This document shows, in pieces, positions 1 through 11,396 of a DNA stretch of 64,000 nucleotides. Each line of letters starts with the position of its first letter. Within the stretch, counting starts at the first letter, position 1. The notes beneath the pieces were generated by a model that saw only the letters and a list, made by a program, of their open reading frames with translations, did not search any database and was not told the origin of the DNA. A program made the translations under genes and the position numbers. The DNA is from Rebecca billardiae RCC1528 (lineage: Eukaryota; Protista; Haptophyta). The stretch is from the NCBI GenBank assembly GCA_965240325.2, contig OZ251225.1, positions 310,001-374,000 of the forward strand, given 5' to 3'.

Positions 1-2
1 GG

Positions 3-1834
3 CGGCGCCGGAGGCGGCGCGTGCCCGGCCGCGCCGGAGCTCGGCGCGTCCGGCTTCCGGCGCTTGCTGGCGCCCTGGCCGCTCGGCGGCGCGGGCAGCA
101 GCGACGAGGGCGCGCACAGGTGGTCAGCGCGCACGCCGCGCGCCTTGGCCATGCCCGTGATCGCGCTCTGCAGCCGGCTGGACGCAAAGTTGGCGAAGCG
201 CGCGTCGAAGGGCAGCATCGCGTCGATGCGCTGCTGCGAGACGGTCACGTCGAACTTGTCGAGCACGGGCAGCAGCTGCGCGTCCGTGTGCTCGTGCGAC
301 CAGCCAAACTTGTCCGCGCAGAAGGCGCGCAGGCCGGCGAGGTCGGGCCGCGCCCAGCGCAGCTCGGGCGGCGCGCCGCCGTCCGGCGCGGTGGGCACGT
401 CGACGTGGGGCTGCGCGTACGCGGCGCGCACGCGCTCGCTCGGGAAGTCGTCGGGGAAGATCCAGTTCCGCCGGAGCTTGCGGTGCTTGTGCTTGAACGC
501 CGCGAGCCGCGCCGCGTGCTCGTCCTCGCGCGCGCCCTCGGGCGGCGCCTGCTCGTCCGTGAGCGCCTCTGCCCACGCGCGGAAGCGGCCGAGGTCGAGC
601 GGCGCGCCCGGCAGCGGGCGGAAGGCGCTGGTGACCTCGGCGGCGTTGACGATGCCCACGCCCTTCACGCCCTCGGTGTAGTCCGAGCCGAGCAGCAGCG
701 CCAGGTCGATCAGGTCCGCCCTGCCCAGCCCCAGCTCCGCGCCCACGTCCCGCGCCTCGAGCAGCTCCACGTGCCGCCGCTGGTCGAAGAGGTTGCGGTA
801 CACGCGCGTGCCGCCGAACAGGAGGACGTCCGAGTCGTCGGTGGCGACGCCGTCGACGAGGCCCGCCATCTCGAGCGCGGCGCACTGCGCCTCCGCCTCC
901 ATCGGCGCGACCACCGCCGGCACGCCGAACAGCCGCAGCAGCTCGTGGCACTCGTCGAGCAGCTCGGGCGTCACGCTGTCCGCGTCACGCGCCGCGCGCC
1001 GCTGCGCCTCCTTGAGCCGGTCGAGGTCGCGCTGCGCGGACAGCTCGCGCGCGCGCTGGGCGGCCGCGGCGGCCGCGGCGGCGGAGGAGGGGTCGGGCGT
1101 CTGAGCCGCCGTGCCGTCGGCGCCTGGTGCCACGCCGGGCGCAGGCGCCCCGACCGAGCCCGCGGGGAACCACGCGACCGCGCCCGGCGCGAGCCGAGAC
1201 GCGGCCGCGCCGGCCGCGGCCGCGGGCGGCGCTCGGGGCGCGGCCGCGGGGGCCGCCGCGCCCTGAGCCGCCCGCGCCGCGCCGCTGATCGGAGGTGGCA
1301 GCGCGGACGGGCCCGCCGCTGCCGCCGCTGCTGCCCCGCCGTCTCCGGTCAGCACAGCCCCAGCCGCCCCAGCCCCAGCAGCAGCCCCAGCAGCAGCAGC
1401 AGCCTGCGCACACGCCGCCAGCGGAGCCGCCGGCCGCGCTGCCTGCCGGGGCGCCGCCGGTGGTGGTGTGCTAGCACTCGGCGCGGCAGCTGCTGCCGGC
1501 GTGGGCAGCCGCGCCGCGGACGAGCTGGGTGGCGCGCTGGCCTGCGCCACGCAAGGCGTGGGCGAGGCGCGTGGCGCAGCAGAGGCGGGGGCAGCGTGCT
1601 TCGCATGGGCTCCGGCCGCGCCGCGCGCGCTCGGGCCGCGGGCTGCTGCGGCGTCCACCGCGCCCGCGGCGGCACCATCCGCGACCGCCAGCTGTGAGCC
1701 CGCGCGGCCGCCAGCGTGCGGCCGCGCGAGGGGCTGCTCGCGGTCTGCGTGGGCGGGGCCTCGCTCGAGCCCGCGCGGCGGCCCATCCCCCGCCTCCGCC
1801 CACACCTCCTCCTCCTCCTCCTCCTCCTCCTCCT

Positions 1835-1885
<51 letters not shown>

Positions 1886-4214
1886 GGTGTGTCGGCGGCC
1901 CGTCCTGCGAGGGCGGGGAGCTGGGTGGGCTGGGCAGCGCCTCCTGCCCGAGCTCGGAGCGGCGCATCGCAGCGAGCCACTCCGGCTGGCGCGAGGCGGC
2001 GACGGCCGTGGCGGTGGTGCCGGCCATCGCGCCGTCGCCCATGAAGCCCGCGCCGCTGGGGCCCTCGGGTGCGCGCATGCGTGCGCGCGCGTTTGCCGCT
2101 GCGCGCTCGACCAGCTCTGCAGCCGTGGCGGCGGCCGGTGCCGGCGGGGGCTCGCGCGAGTCGAGCCCGTTCGTCGCCGCACGCTGCTGTGCCTCCGCGA
2201 GCTCGTCGTCCTCCCTCGCGCGCTTGGAGGTGACGCTGAACAGCCTCTGCTTCTGCCGGAACCACCTGTCCGCCGAGGTGGAGCGCGTGAAAGCCACGCC
2301 GGACGGAGGCGCGGCGCCCGCGCGCCCGCCGCCTGGCTGCTGAGCCGAGGCGGCGTGCGCGGGCCGCGGCGCGAGCGGTGGCAGCGGGTCGCCGCGCCCC
2401 TCTTCGTCTGAGGCTCCGGAGGAGGCCATCTCGCGCGCAAACTCGTCGTCGGACGTGCCCCCGGCCCCGTCCGCGTCGCTGTCCAGGTCGATGGCCACCT
2501 CCACGCCCGCGCTCGGCACGCACGCGCCGCGGAGCTCGGCGGCGGCGCGCCCGGCCGCTGCCGCGCGCGGCTGCATGGAGAGAGACATGGCCTGGGCGAG
2601 CTCGAGGTCGGCGGCCTCGGCCTCCTCCGCCGTCTCGTGCTCCGCGCCCGTCGAGTCGACGTACACGGCGTCGCTCGCCCCCGCCTGCCCAGCCGGCAGC
2701 TTGCCCCGCGCCCGGACGCTCCGCGGCGCCGAGAGCGCGCACGAGCGCGCGCACGGGTTCTGCCACTGCAGCCGGCCGCGCGCGGCCGTGGCCGCCTCGC
2801 TTGCGCCGCGCGCGCGCGGCACGAACTCATCTGAGTCACTGTCGGACTGCGCCGCGGCGCTGGGGCGCGCATCGAGCTCATCCGCGGGGTCGGCATCGGC
2901 ATCGACGAAGAAGCCGCCGCCGGCGTCACCGCCCGCGCCTCCGCTCCCGCCGCCGCCGCCGCCGCCACCGTGCCCGTGGCTCGCAGCGCCGAGCGCGCGA
3001 CAGCCGCCGCCGCCACCGCCGCCGCCGACGCCGCCGCCGCTGCCGCCGCCGCCCCTGCCGCCGCCGCCGCCGCCGCCGCTGCCGCCGCCGCCGCCGCCGG
3101 CGCGGTAGTGCACGTAGTCCACGCCTGGCTCGGAGGCGACGCGCCGGCTTGCGAGCCCGTCGGCCCCCGCGGCGCCCTCCCCGCCCAGCCTGCCGCGCAC
3201 CTTCTCGATCCTCCCCGCGATCCTCGAGATGTGCACGTAGTTCTGCAGCTGCCGGCTGGAGAAGTCGGAGATCGAGTGCGCCTCCGCCAGCAGCTCCTCG
3301 CGCCGCCTCGCGCGCTCCGAGTACTTGATCTCGTGGAGCACCTCGTACTGCAGGTCGGCGGGGAGCGACTTGATCACCGCGCCGTCGACGGGCGCGTTGC
3401 GCGGCAGCACGATCTTCCCCGCCGCGCTCGTCGCGCTCGCCACGGGCGCGGTGCGGATCACCTTGCCCTTGCCGCCGTGCGACTCGTGCCGCTTGCGCCG
3501 CGCCGCCTCGATGATGTCCTCGAGCGTGACCATCTCCGAGGGCTCGGCGAGCGGGCCGTCGCTGTCGTCGCTGTCGCTCGAGCCATCGGCGCCACGCGCG
3601 TACGCACGCAGCGCCCCGCTGCCGCCCGCGCCGCCCCCCGAGCCGCCCGCGCCGCTCGCGCGCGCCGCGGCCGCTCGCGCAGTGGCCGGGCGCTCCAGCC
3701 CGGCGTCCAGCGCGTCCTCGTCGTCCTCGCTGGCGGCGTGCTCGTCGTCCTCGTCGTACGCGAAGCCGTAGCCCCCGTCCCCGCCCCCACGTGACGCCGC
3801 GCCGCCGCTCTGCGCGCGGATCGGCCCGGGAGCGGCGGCGCGGCTCGGGCCTGCCGCCACGAGCGCGTGCTGCATCTGCGCGAGCAGCAGCTTCTCCGCG
3901 GTCTTCTTGAGGGTCTTCTCGTGCCGCTCGCGCGCGGCGCGGCGGCGCGCGACCGTGCGGATCTTGAGCTCGGGCGTGCCGCCGTCGAACACGAGGACCG
4001 GCCGGACGTGCAGGAAGATCAGCTTGCACAGCCGGCGGAAGAGGCCGAGCAGCGGCGCGCTGCGGATCATCTCGCCGCGCTCGTCGCGCATGGCCTTGAT
4101 GAACTGGATGAGCCAGATGGACGCGTCGGCGGCGAGCCGCTTGCGCGCGAGCGTCTCCACGGACACGCGCCGCGTGCACGGCGCGAGCAGGTCCCACAGC
4201 CCGTGCACTCCCAT
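3..4214 (-). CDS. XPG: XPG/RAD2 structure-specific endonuclease (ERCC5 family), 3'-partial (runs off window start)
   Basis: ATG at 4214 gives MGVHGLWDLL...AADASIWLIQF...LFRRLCKL...PVLVFDGGTP (XPG-N). The same frame gives LFGVPAVVAPMEAEAQCA...VATDDSDVLLFGG...LALLLGSDYTEGVKGVGIVNA (XPG-I/H3TH) near 640-930. A long low-complexity spacer carries UBM-like SLPADLQYEVL. It is absent from the ORF track, presumably because no stop falls inside the window. Confidence 0.95.
1806..1881. repeat. (TCC)n(GCC)n trinucleotide tract, encoding poly-Ala/poly-Glu in the XPG spacer
   Basis: Directly visible tandem triplets. Confidence 0.9.
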
Positions 4215-4331
4215 CTCGCGGACGCCGAGGGCGCAACGCGGGCGTGAGGCCCGGTCCTCGCGCCCTTGGCGCTGGATGCTTCGGAACGTTGGGCGTTCTG
4301 GAAGCCTGGTCGGCCGTACCAGGTACGTACG

Positions 4332-5342
4332 ATGGCGGCCGCCGTGTCGTGCTTCGCGGTGTTGGGCCACGATCGGCCCAACCCGTGGGCCTTGCCCGAA
4401 GAGGCCCCCGAGCCCGTGGCCGACGGAGGCCTGGATGCCATCGCCCAGGTCTCGAAGGAGGCGTCGGATCCAGAGCCCAGCCAAGCTCATGCTGACGCCA
4501 CGCCCGTCGAGCACAGCCTGGGCGCGGCCGGCGCGGCTCATGATGGCTCATTCGAGCGAGAGTGCTCAGAAGTGAGCGCCCAGCTGGCTGCGGACGTCTC
4601 GGCCGTTCAGGGTCGCGCTGAGATGGAGCATGCTCTCGAGCGCCTGTGCGAGTGGCGCGACAGCGGCCGATTGGAGGCGGCGGTGCAGCACGTGTCCTTC
4701 GACGCTCTCTCGGACGACGGCCTCCAACGCGTCATGGCAACGGTCGCGACGGCCGAGCTGAGCTACGCGAGCTGCCTCGCGCTGATGCGCTCGGCGATGC
4801 TCGGGCGCGTGCTCGCACTGGAGCAGCCCGCGTCGCGCTCGCTCTTCGCCATGCTGCAGGCCACGGTCGAGCGCCACCCAAAGGTGGTGGTGGACGGACT
4901 GCTGGCGCCTGTCTTTGCGCAGGAGGCGATTGGGCCCGCGCAGGCGGAGGTGGTCAGCCGGCTGCTCAGGGACGTGCTGCCCGTGCCCTTCGCGCTGCAC
5001 TTCCTCGACGTGGTGCTCTCGCCGACGGCGCCTGGCGGGCGCTGGGGCGACCTGCAAGTCGGCATCCTGCAGACAGCGCTGGCGCGCAAGCTCCCCCTCA
5101 CGGCGGCCATTGTGCTCGCCCTGCTGGAGCACGCTCGCGCATCGAGCGGACGGCTGAAGGGCTCGCTCAAATTCGCGAAGATGGTGCTCGTCCTGGTCCA
5201 GAAGTACGGCGCCGAGATCGCGCCGCACGCGCAGCTGGTCGTGCAGATCGCACAGGCGTCCGAGACCTTCATGAAGGCGCCCCTCACGAAGGCGGCCAAC
5301 GCCGCCGCCAGGCAGCACGGGAGTCAGCAGGGCACCGCATGA
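4332..5342 (+). CDS. FANCE: Fanconi anaemia group E (FANCE) C-terminal-domain protein
   Basis: Helical ORF with LEQPASRSLF and C-terminal SLKFAKMVLVLVQKY...ETFMK, as recalled for the FANCE C-terminal domain; ATG at 4332. Confidence 0.75.
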   Translation: MAAAVSCFAVLGHDRPNPWALPEEAPEPVADGGLDAIAQVSKEASDPEPSQAHADATPVEHSLGAAGAAHDGSFERECSEVSAQLAADVSAVQGRAEMEHALERLCEWRDSGRLEAAVQHVSFDALSDDGLQRVMATVATAELSYASCLALMRSAMLGRVLALEQPASRSLFAMLQATVERHPKVVVDGLLAPVFAQEAIGPAQAEVVSRLLRDVLPVPFALHFLDVVLSPTAPGGRWGDLQVGILQTALARKLPLTAAIVLALLEHARASSGRLKGSLKFAKMVLVLVQKYGAEIAPHAQLVVQIAQASETFMKAPLTKAANAAARQHGSQQGTA

Positions 5343-6819
5343 CGATTGCCGTTCGATTCTACTTGTCAGTGCGTCGTGGATCCGCGCCATATCAATGACC
5401 ACGACGCTCCGTAGTTATGTAGCATATAGCTACTGTTACGACTACTGATGAATATAACCGTGAACTGTAGAGCTAGTGTAGTTAGTAGCTGACGTTACAC
5501 GCGGCTATAATAATAATTTCGGTCCGCCGCGAAATACTGTGAATACAACTTGTAACATCAAGACCACTGAGTCTGAGTAGTGCTGTGACTTAGGAGTGAA
5601 GCCCTAGCTAGACACGGACGACATCGTCACTAATCGCAGTAGGCGCAATAATAAGAATAAGTTAAATATAAGTCGTAGTCAGCAGCCTGGGCGTTGCGCC
5701 AGTTGGCAGTTGGACAACACGGTTGACGGTTCTTCTCAAATCTCGCTTTTCAAAATGAAATGTTCCGCCACGCTCTACTCCCATGTAATAACCTAAGTTC
5801 TCTTATGTAATAATTTACCCACCAAACGTGCATGATTTCTGCAGCTTATTGCCTTATTGGGGGTCCTTCGCGTTTGTCCAGCAGTCTGCAGAGTCCAGCT
5901 GGCGCAACGCTCCGGCAGATATCCCACGGCTAGCTAGTCTCGGTTTCGTCTTATACTCTTATAGCCGTTCGGTAGCCCGAGCGCAGCCCGCGGAGTCTCA
6001 GTTTCTTAGTTAGGTCCGCGCCCGCCTCGCAGCGGGCAGCAGCGCGCGGGGGGCGCAGCGCGGGTCACGGCAGACTTTGCGGCAGAGCCCCCCGCTGAGT
6101 CTTTAGGCCCGGCCGGCGAGGCCGAAGAAAACAGTTGGGCACCTTTGGAGCAAATGTGGCATTACAAGTATCTTGCAGGATGCCGGCGCACTGCCAGTGG
6201 TCAGAAGGGCGCTGATGACGTGACTTGGAGTCCAGGCAAGGCGCGCGCCGCACCGCGCGCCGCCGGAGCGGCTGCCGGCCGACCGCCGCGGCCGCCGGCT
6301 GAGGACGTACGCGTAGTCTCGCTTTCTTAGTGGGACTGTGCGTATAGCGAACCAGCCAATCGCTAGTCTCAGTTTCTAGGCCAGATCCGCAGATAGTAAG
6401 CCCCAGCTTCTTGACGTGACAGCTCCTTATATTGCCCGCGATTGCCTGTACATCATCGGCCCGAGTCAGTGAGCAGTAGTACTAGTAGTAGTCAGCTAGT
6501 GCCTAGTGACTGCTAAGTGACTGACTACTACGCGGGCGGCTGAAGTCTGAACTCTGAAGACGGTGATACGACTTGTCAATCACTCAATCTGAGTACGTTT
6601 GGGAACACACTGAGTGACTTCCGGGTGTCAGTGGCTAGTACTACTAGTACAGTAGTACTGATTACGTACGGACGTCGGCGGCCGCGGCTGCTGCCGTGCC
6701 AGCCACGTAATGTACCTCGGCCTCGCCTCCCGCGGCGGAGGGGTCTCCATGTAGTGTACCACAGTATGCCTTTTTGGGTTTTTTTATATTGAATCCGATC
6801 CGCCCTGAGATGCAGTCAT

Positions 6820-7828
6820 GGGTAGATCGACCAAACCGAGCTCAGAACCGGAGTGTACCGAGCTAAGCGGATGTACCATGGTACACTTTGGTACCTAATT
6901 GGTACACTATTGGTACACTATTGGTACATGTAAAGATGTACCAAGTGTACCAATAGTGTACCAATAGTGTACCAATAGTGTACGTCAATAGTGTACCAAT
7001 AGTGTACCAAAGTGTACCAACGCATCCTGACAATGTACCAAATGTCATTGGGTGTACCATGTACACTTTGGTACATAAATGGTACACTTTGGTACATTTC
7101 ATGAGTGTACCAACGTGTACCAACCATGTACCAGTTTGCACACAAAAGTGTACCAAGTGTACCAACTCCTCCCTGAATGTACCAACTGCTCCCCAAAGTG
7201 TACCAACTTGTCCCAGGGTGTACCAAAAAATGTACCAACTCGTCCTGAAAATGTACCAAGTGTACCAAATTTCCGCGGAATGTACCAACTTGGTCCAGGG
7301 TGTACCAACAGTGTACCAACTCGTCCTAGGTTAGGGTTAGGGTTAGACCCCCCGATGTACCAGGGATTCTGGGTGTACCAGGTACACCCAGGAAATAAGT
7401 GTACCAGCTCTGAATCGCCGACGATGGTACACTATTGGTACATTCATGAAAAGTTGGTACATTGATGGTACATTGGGGGACGGTTGGTACACATGGTATG
7501 GTACATTTGGTACATCGTTGGGACACATTGGTACATTCTTCGGACGAGTTGGTACATTTGGGAGGAGTTGGTACATCAGGTAATGTACCAACATGTGCAT
7601 GTGGATGTACCAAAATGTACCATGGTACACCCAAGGACATTTGGTACATTGTCAGGATGCGTTGGTACACTTTGGTACACTATTGGTACACTATTGGTAC
7701 ACTTGGTACATCTTTACATGTACCAATAGTGTACCAATAGTGTACCAATTGTGTACCAAAGTGTACCATGGTACATCCGCTTAGCTCGGTACACTCCTCA
7801 TTCTGAGCTCGGTTTGGTGACACCTCCC
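6820..7828. mobile_element. Non-autonomous foldback (MULE-like) element built of GTAC repeats, with about 230-250 bp TIRs and a 10-bp TSD
   Basis: ATGCAGTCAT at 6810-6819 and 7829-7838. GGG...CCC termini. ACCAAACCGAGCTCAGAA...GTGTACCGAGCTAAGCGGATGTACCATGG is mirrored at both ends. Confidence 0.88.
7327..7346 (+). repeat. Interstitial telomeric-type tract TAGG(TTAGGG)2TTAG
   Basis: taggttagggttagggttag near the centre of the foldback element. Confidence 0.8.
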
Positions 7829-7945
7829 ATGCAGTCATCGCCTGCTCGCGTCATCTTTATTCCTCCTCTGGCAGATGACGATGGCCGCGTGAAGCTGCGA
7901 CCCGACGACGGCCTGCCCGCCAGGGCGCCCCCGCTGTTGACCGCG

Positions 7946-8938
7946 ATGTCTGCGCACTCTCCAGCGTGCTTGGCGCAGGCCGTGACGGCCGTACTGCTGT
8001 GTGCAGTCATCGGCTGGGCTACCATCTTCGGCGAGGACGCGCTCCGCGCCGAGCCGCCGCCACTCAGGGTCGTGGTCATCAGCCAGCGTACTGGCAACGG
8101 CTCCATTCTGGAGGCGCTCTCGCACGCACACGTCACGGACGTCGTGCTGCTGAGCGCGGTGGACGGGGAATACCCGGATGAGCTCGTCGAGTGGATCGGC
8201 AATCGCACCTTCTCCCACCTCCTCTGCGAGGACTGGCGGCGCGCGGCGCAGCGCAAGGTGGCCACGTGGGCGACCCGCATGCGCGCACTGGACATGATCA
8301 GCCACATGAGCGGCCCCGTGCTGCTGCTCGAGGAGGACGCGGTACTCCGCCCGGATCCACTCGCCTTCTCCGTGCGCGCAGGCGACGTCGTGCGCAGCAT
8401 GACCAGCAGGCGCTTTGACGGCTGGGACCTGGTGTTCCTTGGCAGCTGCCTCGAGTCGCTCAGGCTCGTGCAGGAGTGCCACCGGGTTGGTGGCTACGCG
8501 GGCGACACGGACGCGGGGCTCTGGATCGCCCGGGCGCACTCGCCGGCGTGCTCGCACGCGCGCCTCTTCAGCCCAGCCGGCGCGCGCAAGGCTCGGGCGT
8601 ACCTCAGGCACTGGGGGGCCAAGTACCACGAGCGCACGCTCGGGCTGGTCGATGCGCAGCCGCGCTCGTGCACGCCGAATGCGCTGCTCCAGTACCGCCG
8701 GCTAAAATCGGGGCGCGAGGCCTGGCGCGCGCTGCACATCGGTAGCGACCAGCGCCTGCGACAGGCCATCTGGCGGGGCGACGTGGCTGGCTGGGAGGTC
8801 TTCCCCCAGATCGTGTCCGGGCGCACCAAAAACGAGCACCAGCTTGAGGGCGGCGGGCTCGTGCCTGACGTGTGCTTTGAGACGTTGCGATCCAAAGTGC
8901 TCGGCTACATCGCGCACTTCAAACGACGGGCTCGATGA
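7946..8938 (+). CDS. Glycosyltransferase family 25-like type II membrane protein
   Basis: N-terminal TM (AVTAVLLCAVIGWATIF), LLLEEDAVL, WDLVFLG and CSHARLFSPAGARK motifs. The start could alternatively be ATG 7829. Confidence 0.65.
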   Translation: MSAHSPACLAQAVTAVLLCAVIGWATIFGEDALRAEPPPLRVVVISQRTGNGSILEALSHAHVTDVVLLSAVDGEYPDELVEWIGNRTFSHLLCEDWRRAAQRKVATWATRMRALDMISHMSGPVLLLEEDAVLRPDPLAFSVRAGDVVRSMTSRRFDGWDLVFLGSCLESLRLVQECHRVGGYAGDTDAGLWIARAHSPACSHARLFSPAGARKARAYLRHWGAKYHERTLGLVDAQPRSCTPNALLQYRRLKSGREAWRALHIGSDQRLRQAIWRGDVAGWEVFPQIVSGRTKNEHQLEGGGLVPDVCFETLRSKVLGYIAHFKRRAR

Positions 8939-9330
8939 TCGGGCAGGCCGAGACGCGTGATGGCGGACGGCTCGGCGAGGACCTGTCGTGTACTCTGATC
9001 GCGGCGGCAGCCCGGCTGGGTCGGCAACACACTTCCGCGCACTCCGCCGATGCGGATCGGGTGCTGCGCGGACGCGGTGCCCTGACCGACTGACGGACTA
9101 AGCTACAATGGTGCAGCCTATGACAGTCGTCACTCGTCTATCGACCGTCTGCGGTCCGATGAGTGAGATGACGGAGGATGCGCGCTGCTGCTGATAATTC
9201 AGATAGTACGGCTCATCATCGTCATATATATATATTGAATAATAAATATATTGAATAATAATAATACACCGCCATCCGCGCGTAAAAAATCAATATATAA
9301 TTACGATACATATATTTATTTATTTATTTA

Positions 9331-9504
9331 TTTAACGACGTGGCATGCAACGGGCAAGCGTCAGGCTCAGAGTGCAGCAGACACATAGAATGCGTCTGCG
9401 CGCCTTCCGACCAGGTCAGGCAGTGCGCCACCCAGCACGGCAGCAGCCCCGTGCCCCCTACGGGAGCGGGGCCGGGATGGAGCACCGCCTCGGCCTGGGG
9501 CACG
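9331..9504 (-). repeat. Dispersed repeat copy 1 (retroposon-like 3' end with (TAAA)n tail)
   Basis: Close inverted match to 52660-52830; ends ...CCACGTCGTTAAA followed by a simple-sequence tail. Confidence 0.75.
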
Positions 9505-9505
9505 T

Positions 9506-9506
<1 letters not shown>

Positions 9507-9555
<49 letters not shown>

Positions 9556-9556
9556 G
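9507..9556. repeat. (AG)n microsatellite
   Basis: Directly visible. Confidence 0.95.
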
Positions 9557-9603
9557 TCCAGAGAGGCGGATATAATTATTCATAAATAACCATTATTCAA
9601 TAT

Positions 9604-10084
9604 TGTCGGAGGAGTTGAAATGCCCGAAACGACTGAGCTAAATCGGTTCGCGAACGAGCACGGTCCGCGACGCGCAACCTCCGGGTACAGTCGCCCGGGT
9701 CAACAACAAAGACACAAAAAGAGCCTCACAAAGCCACAGCAGCAAGAAGGGCTCACCGCCCACAAAAGACGGAGTCTCTACGAAGCCAGAGAGCAGACGA
9801 GCACGCAGGGTGGAACACCTGGTAGAGACCAGGCGGGGAGAGAAAAAACCTGGACAACAAATCCGTCAGAACACTGGACAGGACTACAGTTTACTATGTT
9901 TTAACGTGCACACTTGGTTAAGGCGTGAATCTACAGCCCCTCGCGGGGTGTCCAACAGGGGACTTACGGACACGGTTATGTACACCCCAGGAGAAGTTGA
10001 AATGCCCGAAACGACTGACGAGCTAAATCGGTTCGCGCGAACCGATTTAGCTCAGTCGTTTCGGGCTCTTCAACTCCTCCGACA
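9604..10084. mobile_element. Small TIR element with TGT...ACA ends, about 50-bp TIRs and possible AATAT TSD
   Basis: TGTCGGAGGAGTTGAAATGCCCGAAACGACTGAGCTAAATCGGTTCGCG at 9604 and its inverse ending at 10084. AATAT on both flanks. An extra internal TIR copy lies at about 9990. Confidence 0.65.
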
Positions 10085-10085
10085 A

Positions 10086-10086
<1 letters not shown>

Positions 10087-10149
<63 letters not shown>

Positions 10150-10155
10150 ATATAT
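10087..10155. repeat. (TA)n/(TG)n microsatellite
   Basis: Directly visible. Confidence 0.95.
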
Positions 10156-10361
10156 AAAGCCATATTCATATATCATAATTATATCAGATTGCTTACTGAT
10201 GAGTGATGGAGCATTCTCATTCTGCACGCGGCCGCCACTCGCCCTCGGCGTGCGGCGCGGAGTGCTGATTACGGTGCCAGGCATTGATGTGGCGCGGCGC
10301 ACTACGCTAGCGCAGTCGTCATCATCACCATGCATCATCGTGACGCATGCCAGCCTAGCAG

Positions 10362-11396
10362 CTACATTATGTTGACCAGCTCAGATTCGAGCGTCTTCGA
10401 CGTGAGCATCACGAGTCGCTCTGCACGTTCCATGCTCTCCGTCTCAATGGTGTCCATCAGACGCTGCGCAGGGCGGTGGAACTCGCGATAGCCCGCCTTC
10501 GGGCCGAGGATTTTGATCAGCACCTTCTTCGTCTGCCGCATGTGGTCCAGGTTGCTGCCGCCGTTGTCGTACAAGGCCGCGAGGTTGATGGGCCCGCCGC
10601 GAGGTGCGTTCTCGTCAGTCGGCACGGCGCTTCGCGCCAGGCGCACCTCTCCGCTGTCAAATTGCAAGCGGCTTGCACCGCGCATAGCGAGCCGGGGTGG
10701 CTTGCGCTCGACCGGTGGCTCGATATGGCCTGCCCGAAACGCCACCGGCTGGCTTCGGCTCGGCGCGACGAAGGCGCTCGATGGCCGTCGAGGATCATCC
10801 ACGTGGACCGAGGGCAGCGCCGTCTCAGGCCTGTAGTAGCCCACGCCGGGTCCACCCACCTTCTTGCGCGAGATCGGGGGCCTCGGGAGGGCCTTGAAGC
10901 TGGCGGACTCGGCGAGCTTGGCCGACGGCACCTCGCCGATCGGCGCGTTCCAGCTTGCCCATGGCGTGTACGAGCCGGGGGCAATGTGGCCGCCCGATCT
11001 TGAGCGCTGCTCGTGCCACATGCGGCGTGGCTGCGTGCTCAAGAAGCCCTCGTTGCGGGGCGGAACGCGCGTGCCCGACGGAGAGCGCGATCGACTTGTG
11101 CTTGAAGACGTACTCGGAAGCACCACGGGCTGTGGTGGCCACGGAGGCATCGGCGCCTGCGACGGCCGGCTCCTCACCGTCCCGCGTCCCGAGAGGAGAG
11201 AGGCGTTGCTGCGCGCCGCCTGACGAGATGGAGCCGGCGTCAACACGCTGGTGTCCTCTCGCGCGATGGATCCTCGCGAAGCAGAGGTCTCTGCGGTGCG
11301 TGGGCGCCAGCCCCCCGCTCTCAGGCCATCGGCCCCGCGGGGCGGGCCCGCGAATGATTCGCTCCAACTCATCGCGTCCTGGCCGTGAGTCGCCAT
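10362..11396 (-). CDS. Hypothetical protein with PGxY-type (STPG/SHIPPO-like) motifs
   Basis: ATG at 11396 (MATHGQDAMSW); APGSYTP and GPGVGYYRP motifs; divergent from GH30. Confidence 0.55.
   Translation of the reverse strand: MATHGQDAMSWSESFAGPPRGADGLRAGGWRPRTAETSASRGSIAREDTSVLTPAPSRQAARSNASLLSGRGTVRSRPSQAPMPPWPPQPVVLPSTSSSTSRSRSPSGTRVPPRNEGFLSTQPRRMWHEQRSRSGGHIAPGSYTPWASWNAPIGEVPSAKLAESASFKALPRPPISRKKVGGPGVGYYRPETALPSVHVDDPRRPSSAFVAPSRSQPVAFRAGHIEPPVERKPPRLAMRGASRLQFDSGEVRLARSAVPTDENAPRGGPINLAALYDNGGSNLDHMRQTKKVLIKILGPKAGYREFHRPAQRLMDTIETESMERAERLVMLTSKTLESELVNIM

Noticed and set aside
21-4551. Many overlapping Arg/Ala/Pro-rich ORFs in the track
   Set aside because: They are shadow frames of the XPG gene, which the track omits.
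6863-7784. Short W/Y/T/V-rich ORFs, and a possible CRISPR-like array
   Set aside because: These are translations of the GTAC micro-repeat. There is no constant repeat with unique spacers and no cas genes, and the context is eukaryotic.
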